Shown piece by piece: positions 48,030 to 57,865 of a stretch of DNA of 64,000 bases. Within the stretch, counting starts at the first letter, position 1; every line of letters starts with the position of its first letter. Position numbers and translations under genes: made by a program. The stretch lies in contig CBDCCS010000016.1 in assembly GCA_965214935.1 (NCBI GenBank), positions 96,001 to 160,000 on the forward strand, given 5' to 3'. The notes beneath the pieces are model-generated. The model was not told the origin of the DNA and did no database searches. It was given only the letters and a program-made list of their open reading frames with translations. The stretch is from Candidatus Velthaea sp. (GTDB lineage: Bacteria > Vulcanimicrobiota > Vulcanimicrobiia > Vulcanimicrobiales > Vulcanimicrobiaceae).

Positions 48030-49049
48030 ATGAAACCCAACCTGCTCGGCCGCATCTTCGAGCATGAGATCCGGGCGCAGCCGGATGTGTGGGACGGCGT
48101 GGCGCGCGGTAACGCCGCCGCTCGCTTGGCGGACGCGCTGGGCGAAGACAACATTCTGGTCGGCAGCGGGAGTTCGCTTTTCGTCGCTCAACTGGGCGCG
48201 CTTGCGCTACGCCGTCGCGGCATCCGGGCGCAAGCGTTGGCCGCAACCGAGGCACGCCTCGATCACCGGGCCTACGAAGCAAAAACGGTCGTGGCGATTT
48301 CGCAAAGCGGCCGATCGACGGACCTGCTCGAGGCGGTCGAAACGCTGCGTCCGCAGCAACTGATCGCGCTGACCAACACGGCCGATTCGCCCCTCGCAGC
48401 GCGCGCCGATGTGACGATCGATATCTTGGCCGGAGCCGAGGTCGCGGTGCCGGCAACGAAGAGCGTTACGGCAAGTGTCGCGATCTTATTATGGAGCGCG
48501 TCGCTGCTCGGCGGAAACACGACGCGCCGCGCAACGGTGCTGCATGCGACCGCGGCCGGCATTCGCAGCTGGTTCGACACGCCGGCGCATGCAGCGGTGA
48601 TCGAAGCAGCACAGCGGATTGCACGCCGCCAAAGCGTTATCGTGCTGGGGTCCGACTACGGCTTACCGATTGCATGCGAAGCGGCGCTCAAACTCAAAGA
48701 AGCGACGTATTTACATGCCGAAGGATTTGCCGGTGGCGAGTTTCGTCACGGCAGCGTCGCGATGGTCGATGCGACCTGCGCGGTCGTTGGGATCGTCGAC
48801 CGCGATGCGTTGCCGGTCGTCGCGCGCCCGCTGCGTGAAATTGCGCCGTCGGAGGCTTTGCGTTTCGTCATCGGTACGTCACCGATCGACGATGTGCCGC
48901 TGCTCGGACCCGTCGTCGACGAGCCGTACAACACCCTTGCGTGGCTGGTTACCGCGCAGCTTATCGCGTTGTACGCCGCCCGCGCACGATACATCGACAG
49001 CGATGCGCCGCGCGGTTTACGCAAAGCGCTCATCGGAGGAGCAACGTGA
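48030..49049 (+). CDS. Double-SIS-domain sugar-phosphate isomerase/deaminase (GlmS C-terminal-like)
   Basis: GSGSS, ISQSGRS, PATKS, EAALKLKE, EFRHG, DAPRGLRK; no glutaminase domain. Confidence 0.88.
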   Translation: MKPNLLGRIFEHEIRAQPDVWDGVARGNAAARLADALGEDNILVGSGSSLFVAQLGALALRRRGIRAQALAATEARLDHRAYEAKTVVAISQSGRSTDLLEAVETLRPQQLIALTNTADSPLAARADVTIDILAGAEVAVPATKSVTASVAILLWSASLLGGNTTRRATVLHATAAGIRSWFDTPAHAAVIEAAQRIARRQSVIVLGSDYGLPIACEAALKLKEATYLHAEGFAGGEFRHGSVAMVDATCAVVGIVDRDALPVVARPLREIAPSEALRFVIGTSPIDDVPLLGPVVDEPYNTLAWLVTAQLIALYAARARYIDSDAPRGLRKALIGGAT

Positions 49050-50431
49050 TCGACGAGCGTCTGACGCGCGGTATCGATTTGCGCGGCGCCGTCGCGATCA
49101 ACGTCATTTCGATGATCGGCATCGGTCCGCTCATTACGATACCGCTCGTGCTCGGCGCGCTGCACGGACCGCTATCGCTCGCCGGCTGGATCGCAGGTGC
49201 GGTGCTGGCACTCTGCGACGGGCTCGTTTGGGCCGAACTGGGATCGCTTTTCGCCGGATCGGGCGGCACGTACGGTTTCTTGCGCGGTGCCTTCGGGAAG
49301 GCAGGTTTCGGCAGTCTCCTCGCGTTTCTTTTTGTCTGGCAAACCATCTTCGTCGCGCCGCTCATTCAAGCTACCGGCTATATCGGTTTCGCCAACTATG
49401 CCGGCTATTTCGTGCCGGCGCTGGCCGCATCGCCCTGGGCGATCAAAGCGGTCGCAATCGTGCTGGGCATCAGTACGCTCGCAGCGCTCTATCGCTCGAT
49501 CGGCGCCGTTGCGCGCACGAGCATCGTGCTGGCAGTCGGTTCGGTGCTCACGCTGCTGTTCGTGATCGTCGCATCGTACGCACACTTCTCGACCGCGCAG
49601 GCGCTTGCGATGCCCGCGGGCGATTCGTTTTGGAGCGGTTTACGCGCGGGACTCGGACAAGCGCTCATCATTGCAATGTACGACTATCTCGGCTACGGTC
49701 AATCCAGCAGTGTCGGTGGCGAGGTCCGCGATCCGGCCCGAACGTTGCCGCGCTCGATTCTCATCTCGATCGTGCTCGTGGCAGGGTTGTACGTCGCGAT
49801 GCAATTCGGCATCCTCGGCGCCATCAAGTGGGCGGCGCTCGTGCCGCTGGCAGACGGTTCGTTACCGCCGCTCGGACAGCACCTTGCATCGGCGATCGTC
49901 GAGAATGCCTTCGGCGTCGGCGCCGCGGGCGCCGTAACCGTGCTCGTGCTGTTCACCGCGTTCGCTTCGGTCTACGGCAACCTGCTCGGATTTTCGCGCA
50001 TTCCGTTTGCGGCTGCCGATGACGGCGTTTTCTTGCCCGCATTCAAGCACGTTCACCCGACCGGCCGTTTTCCCGATGTCTCGCTGGTCGCGATCGGACT
50101 GCTGGCCTTGCCGGCCTGCTTATTTCCGCTCGATCAAATCATCAATGCGCTGACGACGGGAATCGTTCTCATTCAATCGCTCGCGCAAATCGCTGCGTTG
50201 TTTGCGATTCGCCGCCGGCGTATACGAGCACCGTATCGGATGTGGCTGTTTCCGGTTCCGGCACTCGTTGCACTCGTGGGCTGGCTGTATGTTTTCGAGC
50301 AATCCGGCAATGCGGCGATCGCCTACGGCCTGGCAACGCTCGCTGCGGGCGTAGCCGTCTTTCTGCTTTGGGCACGCCGCGCACAAGCTTGGCCGTTTCG
50401 CGCGCCGATGGCAACGTTCGGCGATCGGTAA
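49046..50431 (+). CDS. APC family amino acid/polyamine permease
   Basis: MIGIGPLITIP, WAELGS...SGGTY, GGEVRDP.RTLPRSI; multi-TM; GTGA overlap with the SIS gene. Confidence 0.9.
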   Translation: MIDERLTRGIDLRGAVAINVISMIGIGPLITIPLVLGALHGPLSLAGWIAGAVLALCDGLVWAELGSLFAGSGGTYGFLRGAFGKAGFGSLLAFLFVWQTIFVAPLIQATGYIGFANYAGYFVPALAASPWAIKAVAIVLGISTLAALYRSIGAVARTSIVLAVGSVLTLLFVIVASYAHFSTAQALAMPAGDSFWSGLRAGLGQALIIAMYDYLGYGQSSSVGGEVRDPARTLPRSILISIVLVAGLYVAMQFGILGAIKWAALVPLADGSLPPLGQHLASAIVENAFGVGAAGAVTVLVLFTAFASVYGNLLGFSRIPFAAADDGVFLPAFKHVHPTGRFPDVSLVAIGLLALPACLFPLDQIINALTTGIVLIQSLAQIAALFAIRRRRIRAPYRMWLFPVPALVALVGWLYVFEQSGNAAIAYGLATLAAGVAVFLLWARRAQAWPFRAPMATFGDR

Positions 50432-50460
50432 TGCTTACGGGCGCTCAATCTTTGTCTCAT

Positions 50461-50670
50461 TCACTCGGCCTGCTTCGCGGCATCGTTCGCGCGATAGCGC
50501 GACGGCAACTTGCTAAAGGCGAGACACGCATTCATAAATCGTAGCATCGCGACGAGCACGGCGCCAAGCAAACCGATAAGCGCTAAACCGATTCCGGCTT
50601 GCATCACATCGCGGCTTTTACCAATGCCGTTTGGTGATTCCGGGCAACCCGAGACTGCCGTCTCCTCCAT
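50461..50670 (-). CDS. Possible small membrane protein
   Basis: 69 aa with one hydrophobic segment, filling an intergenic gap; no recognised family. Confidence 0.3.
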   Translation of the reverse strand: MEETAVSGCPESPNGIGKSRDVMQAGIGLALIGLLGAVLVAMLRFMNACLAFSKLPSRYRANDAAKQAE

Positions 50671-50784
50671 GCCTTACGAACCGGTAAACCGGCTGCCGTT
50701 GTTGCATTGCCGTCGCGCGGCGGCCGCAACCCGTCGTGCCGCGTACGCTGAGAATTCGCTTGCCTTGCGGGTAGAACCTAGACT

Positions 50785-52581
50785 ATGACGACCGTTGCAG
50801 ATTTCATCATCGATCGCTTACATGCTTGGGGAGTGCGCCGTGTTTTCGGCTATTCGGGCGACGGCGTCAACGGTATCATCGGTGCACTCGACCGTGCATC
50901 GGACCGGATCGCTTTCGTTCAAGTACGACACGAAGAGCAAGCCGCGTTCATGGCTTGCGCGCATGCGAAATTTACCGGTGAAATCGGAGTTTGCGTCGCG
51001 ACTAGCGGCCCCGGTGCCATTCACTTGCTCAATGGGCTCTACGACGCGAAAGCCGATCACGTACCGGTTCTCGCGCTCGTCGGGCAATCGGCGACCTTTG
51101 CGCTCGGAACGGAATTTCAGCAAGAAGTCGATCTGCAAACCCTCTTCAAAGACGTTGCGTCCGATTACGATCTCACGATCGTCGATCCGGCGCAGGCCCG
51201 GCACGCGGTCGATCGCGCCGTGCGCAGCGCGCTGAGTCAACGTTCGGTGACGGCGCTGATCGTACCGCGCAACGTGCAGGAGCAGAAAGCCGTACCGGCG
51301 CCGCCGAGAAAACTCGGTGCAACCTTTTCCGGCATCGGTTATCAACGTCCGCGTTCGATACCGCACGAGGCCGATTTATTGCGTGCAGCCGACGTCCTCA
51401 ACGCCGGCAAGCGCGTTGCCATGTTGATCGGCGCCGGAGCCGTGCACGCCGGCGACGCGGTGATCGCGCTTGCGGATCGGCTGCAGGCGGGTTGCGCCAA
51501 AGCGCTGCTCGGGAAAGCGGTGTTACCCGATACGCTGCCATGGGTCACCGGAACGTTGGGCTTACTGGGCACCGAAGCATCATCCGAACTCATGACGCAC
51601 TGCGATACGCTGCTCTTGATCGGTACAAATTTCCCGTACGCAATGTTTCTGCCCAAGGAAGGTCAAGCGCGCGGCGTTGAGATCGAAGCCGACGGACGGC
51701 GCATTGGTAACCGCTATCCGACTGAAGTGAATTTACAAGGCGATGCGGGCGATACGATTGCAGCGCTCCTGCCGTACATCGAAGCAAAAACCGATACGAC
51801 GTGGCGCGAGCGTCTCGTCGCTTCACGCGAACGCTCGGAACGCGTGAACGCTACGCGTGCGAAGATTACCGGCAACAACGGGGTTAATCCGGAAACGATC
51901 TTTACAACCTTGGCCGGCAAGATGCCCGACAACACGATCGTGACAGCCGACGCGGGGACATCAACGAACTTCGCCGCGCGTCACTTACCGATGCGCCAGG
52001 GAATGAAATTCTCGCTCTCGGGCGGCTTAGCCACAATGGGCTCCGCCGTCCCGTATGCCATCGCGGCGAAGTTTGCTTTTCCGGACCGCGTTGCAATCGC
52101 ACTGACCGGTGACGGTGCCATGCAAATGAACGGCTTACTCGAACTCATTACCGTCGCTCGTTACTGGAAAACGTGGAGCGACCCGCGACTTATTTTTATG
52201 GTCAACAATAATCGCGACCTCGCGCAAGTCAGCTGGGAAATGCGTATCGAGAGCGGGGAACCGAAGTTTGCCGGTTCGCAAACGTTGCCCGATGTTCCGT
52301 ACGCACGCTTTGCCGAATTACTCGGTTTCATCGGCGTGCGCGTCGAGCGCGCTGACGAGTTACCGGCGGCGTGGGACACCGTCCTACATGCGGACCGGCC
52401 GGCCGTGCTCGAAGTAGTCAGCGACGCAAACGTGCCGTTTCTTCCGGCGCACATCACCGTCGAACAGGCGAAGGCGTTTAGCAGTGCCCTTGCAGCCGGC
52501 GATCCGGATGAAGGGCCGGTGCTCGTGCAGTCGGCTAAAGCCGTGCTCGCTGCGGTGTTTCCGACTGCAAGGCCGGATTAG
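50785..52581 (+). CDS. Thiamine pyrophosphate enzyme, pyruvate oxidase/PoxB-like
   Basis: RHEEQAAFMA, TSGPGAIHLLNGLYDA, SGGLATMG, TPP motif GDGAMQMNG...NN. Confidence 0.9.
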   Translation: MTTVADFIIDRLHAWGVRRVFGYSGDGVNGIIGALDRASDRIAFVQVRHEEQAAFMACAHAKFTGEIGVCVATSGPGAIHLLNGLYDAKADHVPVLALVGQSATFALGTEFQQEVDLQTLFKDVASDYDLTIVDPAQARHAVDRAVRSALSQRSVTALIVPRNVQEQKAVPAPPRKLGATFSGIGYQRPRSIPHEADLLRAADVLNAGKRVAMLIGAGAVHAGDAVIALADRLQAGCAKALLGKAVLPDTLPWVTGTLGLLGTEASSELMTHCDTLLLIGTNFPYAMFLPKEGQARGVEIEADGRRIGNRYPTEVNLQGDAGDTIAALLPYIEAKTDTTWRERLVASRERSERVNATRAKITGNNGVNPETIFTTLAGKMPDNTIVTADAGTSTNFAARHLPMRQGMKFSLSGGLATMGSAVPYAIAAKFAFPDRVAIALTGDGAMQMNGLLELITVARYWKTWSDPRLIFMVNNNRDLAQVSWEMRIESGEPKFAGSQTLPDVPYARFAELLGFIGVRVERADELPAAWDTVLHADRPAVLEVVSDANVPFLPAHITVEQAKAFSSALAAGDPDEGPVLVQSAKAVLAAVFPTARPD

Positions 52582-52599
52582 CGTAGCGCGCCTGCAGCG

Positions 52600-53454
52600 C
52601 TACGTCGCGTTCGCTTTGCGCTGTTGTGGACCGGTGTCGCCCGCGACTTGACCGAAGTTCAGCAACGCCACGAAAGCAACACCGCCGATCGAATTGCCGG
52701 CGAGCACCGGCAAAAAGTAGCCGAGGATCGCGGCTCGCAACGGCAACATGCCGGTCTCGACGGCATACAGCGCTTCAACCGAACCCGCGATGACGTGCGT
52801 CAGCTGTCCCGCTGCCACGATGTACGTAACGAGCAAGACGATGAACATCGCAGCGGATTCCGCGGCCGGAAGCAACCACACCATGAGGGCGATGAGCCAG
52901 CCGGCGAAAATCGCTCGGATAAAGTTGGGAAATGCCGTGCCCGACGTCGCATGCCCGGACACTTCGCCGAACGCGCGATGAATCTCGGGCGTAAACACGT
53001 CGAGGTGCGAAAGTAGCGTTGCAAATGCAAGTGCGCCGACGACATTGCCGGCGAGAACGATCGCCCATAAGCGCGCAACGCGCCAAAACATCGCTGCCTC
53101 AAAGCGATGCAGTAACACGAGAACCGGCGTCAGCGTATTTTCGGTAAAGAGTTGCTGACGGCCCAACACGACGACAAGAAAGCCGACGGTGTACCCAAAA
53201 CTTGCCACCAACGGCCGCCACGGCGAATCGGGCAAGTACGCGACGAATATTGCCATGGCGAAGAGTGAGAAACCCATCGATAGACCGGCCGAAACGGCCG
53301 AGAACGCAAGCGCCGTAACCGTACGCTCGAGTTCGCCTTGGCCTTCGCGACGGATCGTCTCGAAGACGATGGCCGCGCGCGGTAACGCGCGCTCTTCCGC
53401 CTCTTTGACCTCTTCTTCGCTGAGTTCAACGGGGTTCGCCGATGCGGTCGCCAT
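52600..53454 (-). CDS. Formate/nitrite transporter family protein (YfdC-like)
   Basis: AGLSMGFS, RQQLFTENTL, FAGWLIALMVWL, HVIAGS, GNSIGG. Confidence 0.9.
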   Translation of the reverse strand: MATASANPVELSEEEVKEAEERALPRAAIVFETIRREGQGELERTVTALAFSAVSAGLSMGFSLFAMAIFVAYLPDSPWRPLVASFGYTVGFLVVVLGRQQLFTENTLTPVLVLLHRFEAAMFWRVARLWAIVLAGNVVGALAFATLLSHLDVFTPEIHRAFGEVSGHATSGTAFPNFIRAIFAGWLIALMVWLLPAAESAAMFIVLLVTYIVAAGQLTHVIAGSVEALYAVETGMLPLRAAILGYFLPVLAGNSIGGVAFVALLNFGQVAGDTGPQQRKANAT

Positions 53455-54599
53455 TAGCCGCTACCATACCGCCGGCCGCGCCATTCCACACCTCGACCGC
53501 TCAGCACGGCGATTGTCGAATTGACCGTTATTGCAGCAAGCACGGCGGTCCCGAACGGTTGAAACCATCCGTAGCGCCGGTCGATTCCGACGCTCGCCAT
53601 CGCCCAACCGCCGGTCGCAATGAGTGCAGCGGTGGTTGCAAGTGCTTCGAGCGCTTCGAGCGGCCGGCGGTGCAACGCTGCATTGACGGCAAGGACCAAC
53701 GGCATAACGGAGACCGTCGCGAGGAACATCACGCCGCCACCGAGCGCCCACAGATTGCCACGCGGACCGTAGTAGATGTTCTTTGTAAAGCCGCTCCAGA
53801 TTTCGCTTAGCGAATGATACATCCGCACTCGCGCGAGATCTTCGCCGGCGGCAAAAATCAGCCGGTATCGCCCATCGCGCTTGAAGCGCCGCGCTAATTC
53901 GACATCCTCGACAATCTCGCTGCGCACGGCGGCATGCCCGCCGAGCGCATCATACGCGGCGCGCGAAACGAAGATATATTGACCGTTTGCCAATGCACGA
54001 TCGACTTGCGCCGAGTCGTTGAGTTGCGCGAAGTTCCCTTGAGCGAAAAAGACGAGTCCGAGAATCGACGGCAAGATCGCGCGCTCGGCCCAAGTTTCGA
54101 GGTCTTGACGGGTGATCGTCGAGATCGCATCGGCACGTTGCGCGCGCGCAAACGCGAGCGACGACGTCACCGAGAATGGTGCATGCGTACTGTCCGCATC
54201 GGTAAAGAGCAGCCACTCGCCGCGAGCGACCGCCGCGCCTTGATGCACCGCCCACGGCTTGCCGATCCACCCGGCGGGCAGCGGCTGACCGGCAACAATG
54301 CGGAGCCGCGTATCTTCGCGCGCCAAACGTTCAAGGATTTGCCCCGTACGGTCGGTCGAGTCGTCGTCGACGACGATGACTTCATAGTCGCGCGCGGTCT
54401 GCCCGAGCAGCGAACGCACGCAGCGTTCGATCGAACGCTCCTCGTTACGTGCCGGAACGATGACCGATATCGGAGGCGCATCGTCGACGGTCTCCACAAT
54501 CGGTATGCGTAGCCACGCTGGAGCGAAGCGGGCCGCGCGCCAAGCATAATAGAGCGCGATGCTAGCAACGCCATGCGTTGCCATCGTTGCCGCCTTCAT
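53454..54599 (-). CDS. Membrane GT2 glycosyltransferase (HpnB/carotenoid glucosyltransferase-like)
   Basis: PARNEE, DDDSTD, GWIGKPWA, FTDAD, ANGQY, VEDV.LA, RMY...IWSGFTKN, WRGR. Confidence 0.88.
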   Translation of the reverse strand: MKAATMATHGVASIALYYAWRAARFAPAWLRIPIVETVDDAPPISVIVPARNEERSIERCVRSLLGQTARDYEVIVVDDDSTDRTGQILERLAREDTRLRIVAGQPLPAGWIGKPWAVHQGAAVARGEWLLFTDADSTHAPFSVTSSLAFARAQRADAISTITRQDLETWAERAILPSILGLVFFAQGNFAQLNDSAQVDRALANGQYIFVSRAAYDALGGHAAVRSEIVEDVELARRFKRDGRYRLIFAAGEDLARVRMYHSLSEIWSGFTKNIYYGPRGNLWALGGGVMFLATVSVMPLVLAVNAALHRRPLEALEALATTAALIATGGWAMASVGIDRRYGWFQPFGTAVLAAITVNSTIAVLSGRGVEWRGRRYGSG

Positions 54600-54605
54600 C
54601 GGTAA

Positions 54606-55694
54606 TTAAACGGCTTTCGCGCGCGGTTGCGTCTCGGCGCGTAGCTGTCCGCAAGCGGCGGCGATATCGCGGCCCATCGGCGTGCGAATCGTGCACGGAA
54701 CACCCTTGGCTTCGAGAATGGCGGCAAACGCGCGAATGCGCTCGTCGGCCGTTGCGCCGAGTTGCCCGTCCGGCGTGCTGTTATACGGGATGATGTTGAC
54801 ATGGTACAGCGGTCCACGCATGAGTCTGGCCAACGCCTGGGCGTCTTGCGGCCGGTCGTTCAGGCCGTCGAGCATGACATACTCAAAGAATATCTTGCGA
54901 TTGGTTTTGGCGATATAACGGCGGCACGCCGCCATCAAGTCTTCGATGCTCCACTTGCGGTTCACCGGCATGATCGACGAGCGCACGTCATCGCTCGCAG
55001 CATGCAGTGAAATCGCCAAATTCACTTGGATGCCTTCGTCGGCAAACGCATCGATCTGCGGAACGACGCCGACGGTCGAGATCGTGATGTGGCGATGTCC
55101 GAGGCCCAACCCGTGCGGATCGTTGAGCAGACGCACCGCATCCATCACGGCATCGTAATTATGAAACGGCTCGCCCATACCCATGAACACGACGTTGGTG
55201 ATCTTCCGGCCTTGCGCAAGCAGCAAACGTGCGAAATAGCGCGCCTGGTCGAAAATCTCCGTCGGCGTCAGATGGCGCGTAAACCCGGCCTGGCCGGTCG
55301 AACAAAACGCGCAAGCATAAGCACAACCCGACTGGCTCGAAATGCAAACCGTGTTGCGCTCGCCGTGGTGTTGCATGAGAACGGCTTCGACTTCGTTGCC
55401 GTCCGCTAAGCGGAAAAGACCTTTGATTGTCTGCCCGTCTTGCGAATGCTGAACCACGACCGGAGTCACGCTATCGTACGAAAAGCCACGAGCGCCCAAG
55501 GCGGCGCGGAGCTCTTTCGGCAACGTGGTTACGTCGTCGAGTTGTCCGGCAAGCTCTTTGGCCGCGGCACGATAGATTTGCGTCAGCCGATAATTTTTCA
55601 GGCCATGCTCGGCGGCGAGCGCCTCACCGTCGGCATAGCCGGCGCGACGAGCGGCATCATCAATCCAAATTTCCTGTGCGGTCCGAACAGCCAT
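54606..55694 (-). CDS. rlmN: 23S rRNA/tRNA m2A methyltransferase
   Basis: CISSQSGCAYACAFCSTG, FMGMGEP, ISTVG, LAISLHA, EYVML, DIAAACGQL. Confidence 0.92.
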   Translation of the reverse strand: MAVRTAQEIWIDDAARRAGYADGEALAAEHGLKNYRLTQIYRAAAKELAGQLDDVTTLPKELRAALGARGFSYDSVTPVVVQHSQDGQTIKGLFRLADGNEVEAVLMQHHGERNTVCISSQSGCAYACAFCSTGQAGFTRHLTPTEIFDQARYFARLLLAQGRKITNVVFMGMGEPFHNYDAVMDAVRLLNDPHGLGLGHRHITISTVGVVPQIDAFADEGIQVNLAISLHAASDDVRSSIMPVNRKWSIEDLMAACRRYIAKTNRKIFFEYVMLDGLNDRPQDAQALARLMRGPLYHVNIIPYNSTPDGQLGATADERIRAFAAILEAKGVPCTIRTPMGRDIAAACGQLRAETQPRAKAV

Positions 55695-56369
55695 AGCATC
55701 TGAGTATACCATGCTTTATCAGGCGTCAGGCCGCATCGAGCCGTTGCCAGACCCGAAACCACCGTCGTCGATCGAGCCACGAGAACAGCTCGAAATAATT
55801 CCTTGCGCTCATACCTCCGGTTTTGCCGAGCCGCTCGACGACGCCATCGGCGGCACTATGGAAATACTACCGTTTGGACGGGACAGCCGCTCTGATAGAT
55901 TTCGTAAGGTCGCAAAGGCCCCGCCACAACGGCGGGCGCTTTACAGAGTGTTTGCGATCGTTAATCACTTATTGTGTATTGTGCCGTATTGGTGTTGCGA
56001 CCGAACGTACGGACCGGAAAGCTCGAGGTTTGACGGCGCGCGAGGTTACGCTCGGATCATCCTCGTTTTCCTGGGCCGTTGCAAGCCCGGCTGCGAAAGC
56101 TGTTCGGCGTTTGTTCGTATCGTTTATAGAATGCCTTCGCTAGGTGCCCCGCGCTCGAGCCGCATGCCGTGGCGACGTCGGCCACAGATCGATCCAATTC
56201 GCGCAACAGCACCGCTGCTTTTTCGAGACGCAACTCCGTTCAGCGACGGTGCGGCGAGGTTCCGACGGAACGCTTGAGAGCGCGTATGAGCTGAAAGCGG
56301 CTGAGGCCCGCTTCGGCAGCGAGTGTCTCGAGCGAGATCTGCTGACTGCTATTGACACGCATGAATGCG

Positions 56370-56753
56370 AGGAGCCGTTCGGGCCGCGCACCACCTTCGA
56401 TCACCTGCTTCTTCTAGGCCGCTTCATGCAATGGCGGCACGCTCTCGGTCGAGGTCGCCGGAGGGCGTCCGCCCGAAACGCCGTTTTTGCTGGAAGTGGT
56501 CGGCGAATCGGGCACGCTGCGGATTGAGGGCGGCGCTGCGCGCGGCTTTCAGTCCGGTCGTTTAAGCATGTCGTTGAACGCCGCAGCCAATGTAGCCGGC
56601 ATCTATTCGGCGTTGAGCAACGACATTGCGCATGGCACTTCGACCGTCGTCGGCTTTCGACACGCCGGGAAGCTGACGCAAGTTATCACTGATGTACTTA
56701 CTTCCTCGAGTGCCGGCAGTCAATTGCAAGCGGCCAATTGGCCCGAACGATGA
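56370..56753 (+). pseudogene. C-terminal remnant of a Gfo/Idh/MocA-type oxidoreductase
   Basis: PRTTFDHLLLLGR, a frameshift near 56428, then GGTLSVEVAGGRPPETPFLLEVVGESGTLRIEGG..GFQSG...NVAGIYSAL..DI. No N-terminal Rossmann domain found. Confidence 0.6.
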
Positions 56754-57142
56754 TTGCGCTCGTTCGCCAGTCGGAAGCCGCAAAGCTGATTGTGACGGCC
56801 CTGCTTCGTTGCGTAGCGGCAGTTCAACAAATATCGGCCCAGCCGCGGTCGAAAGCACGCACGAGAGTTTCTTGAACTTGCCGAGAGCGTCACTTTACCG
56901 TCAGGTGTATGAACAGCGCTTACGTTTACATCAATGCCAGCGAGCGGCACGTTAGGCTTGGACCTGACTCGCGTCACGTAATAACGGACTTCATAAACAA
57001 GCTCTGCCGTCCCTCAGACAAACCGCTTACGGACAATGTAATTCAAACATTCGCTTATGTTATTTATTGAAACAACATCGTTTGCTAGATACATCGCGGC
57101 TGGATGCTTGCTGCGGTTCGTGACGATTAGGCTCGGAGTCGA

Positions 57143-57721
57143 TTAGCCGAGCGTCGCGGTTACTTTGCGAAGGTTGTTCAAGGCAGCCAGCGCGTGGTGT
57201 GCGAGTCCCGTCGGATCATCACGGTCGGCTTCGGACCACTGCGCGTAACCCCGCTTGAAGGCGAGGACCCCTATCTCGGCTGCAAGGTGCGCGGCCGGAT
57301 CGGGGACGCCGCGGGCAACAAGCGCGGCTGTCATGGCGACCGCGAGGCCGATGCTCTTGAGGGCGTCCCGCTCCTGAAGCTCGGTGCTGGCCGCCACAGC
57401 TGCCTTGAGACGCGGCCCTAGGTCACGATTCACGGGACCCATTATGCTCGACGCGCGCTCGAGACCAGCGGCAACTGCCTCAAGTGGACTGGCACTCGCC
57501 GGCGCTTCTGCGATGCCTTCGACGAGGAGTTGGCTTAGCGTCGCCTGCCCTGCTACGAGGACCTCACGCTTATCGGAAAAGTGCCGGAAGAAGGTGCTCC
57601 TGGTTGCTCCAGCGCGCGCAGCGATCTGCGTTACGGTGGTAGCGTCGTAGCCTTGCTCGATGAAAAGATCCACCGCGGCGACGACGAGCCGCTCGCGCGC
57701 CCCGGGTTCCCATCGAGCCAT
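57143..57721 (-). CDS. TetR family transcriptional regulator
   Basis: MARWEPGARERL, HTH TTVTQIAARAGATRSTFFRHF.DKREV. Confidence 0.93.
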   Translation of the reverse strand: MARWEPGARERLVVAAVDLFIEQGYDATTVTQIAARAGATRSTFFRHFSDKREVLVAGQATLSQLLVEGIAEAPASASPLEAVAAGLERASSIMGPVNRDLGPRLKAAVAASTELQERDALKSIGLAVAMTAALVARGVPDPAAHLAAEIGVLAFKRGYAQWSEADRDDPTGLAHHALAALNNLRKVTATLG

Positions 57722-57757
57722 ACCGCCACTTTACCACAGTGACGTGCCCATCAATGC

Positions 57758-57850
57758 TGACGGGACGTCGATCCCGTCACCGCAAAAGGTGACGAGACAC
57801 TTGTATCATCACTTGCCTCGTGTTATTGTGACGGGACAATTGTTCCGTCA
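57758..57850. promoter_or_regulatory. Three palindromic operators, probably bound by the TetR protein
   Basis: 22-bp sites TGACGGGACGTCGATCCCGTCA (57758-79), TGACGAGACACTTGTATCATCA (57790-811) and TGACGGGACAATTGTTCCGTCA (57829-50). Confidence 0.8.
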
Positions 57851-57865
57851 CTCTAGAAAGCTTTC

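Noticed and set aside
48619..50022. 467-aa Arg-rich ORF and the many similar alternate-frame ORFs across the window
   Set aside because: Off-frame products of GC-rich genes (here SIS and APC) with no protein-like motifs.
54606..55694. Cfr-type resistance methylase
   Set aside because: It has MGMGEP and NVVF as in RlmN, rather than Cfr-type MGMGEAL.
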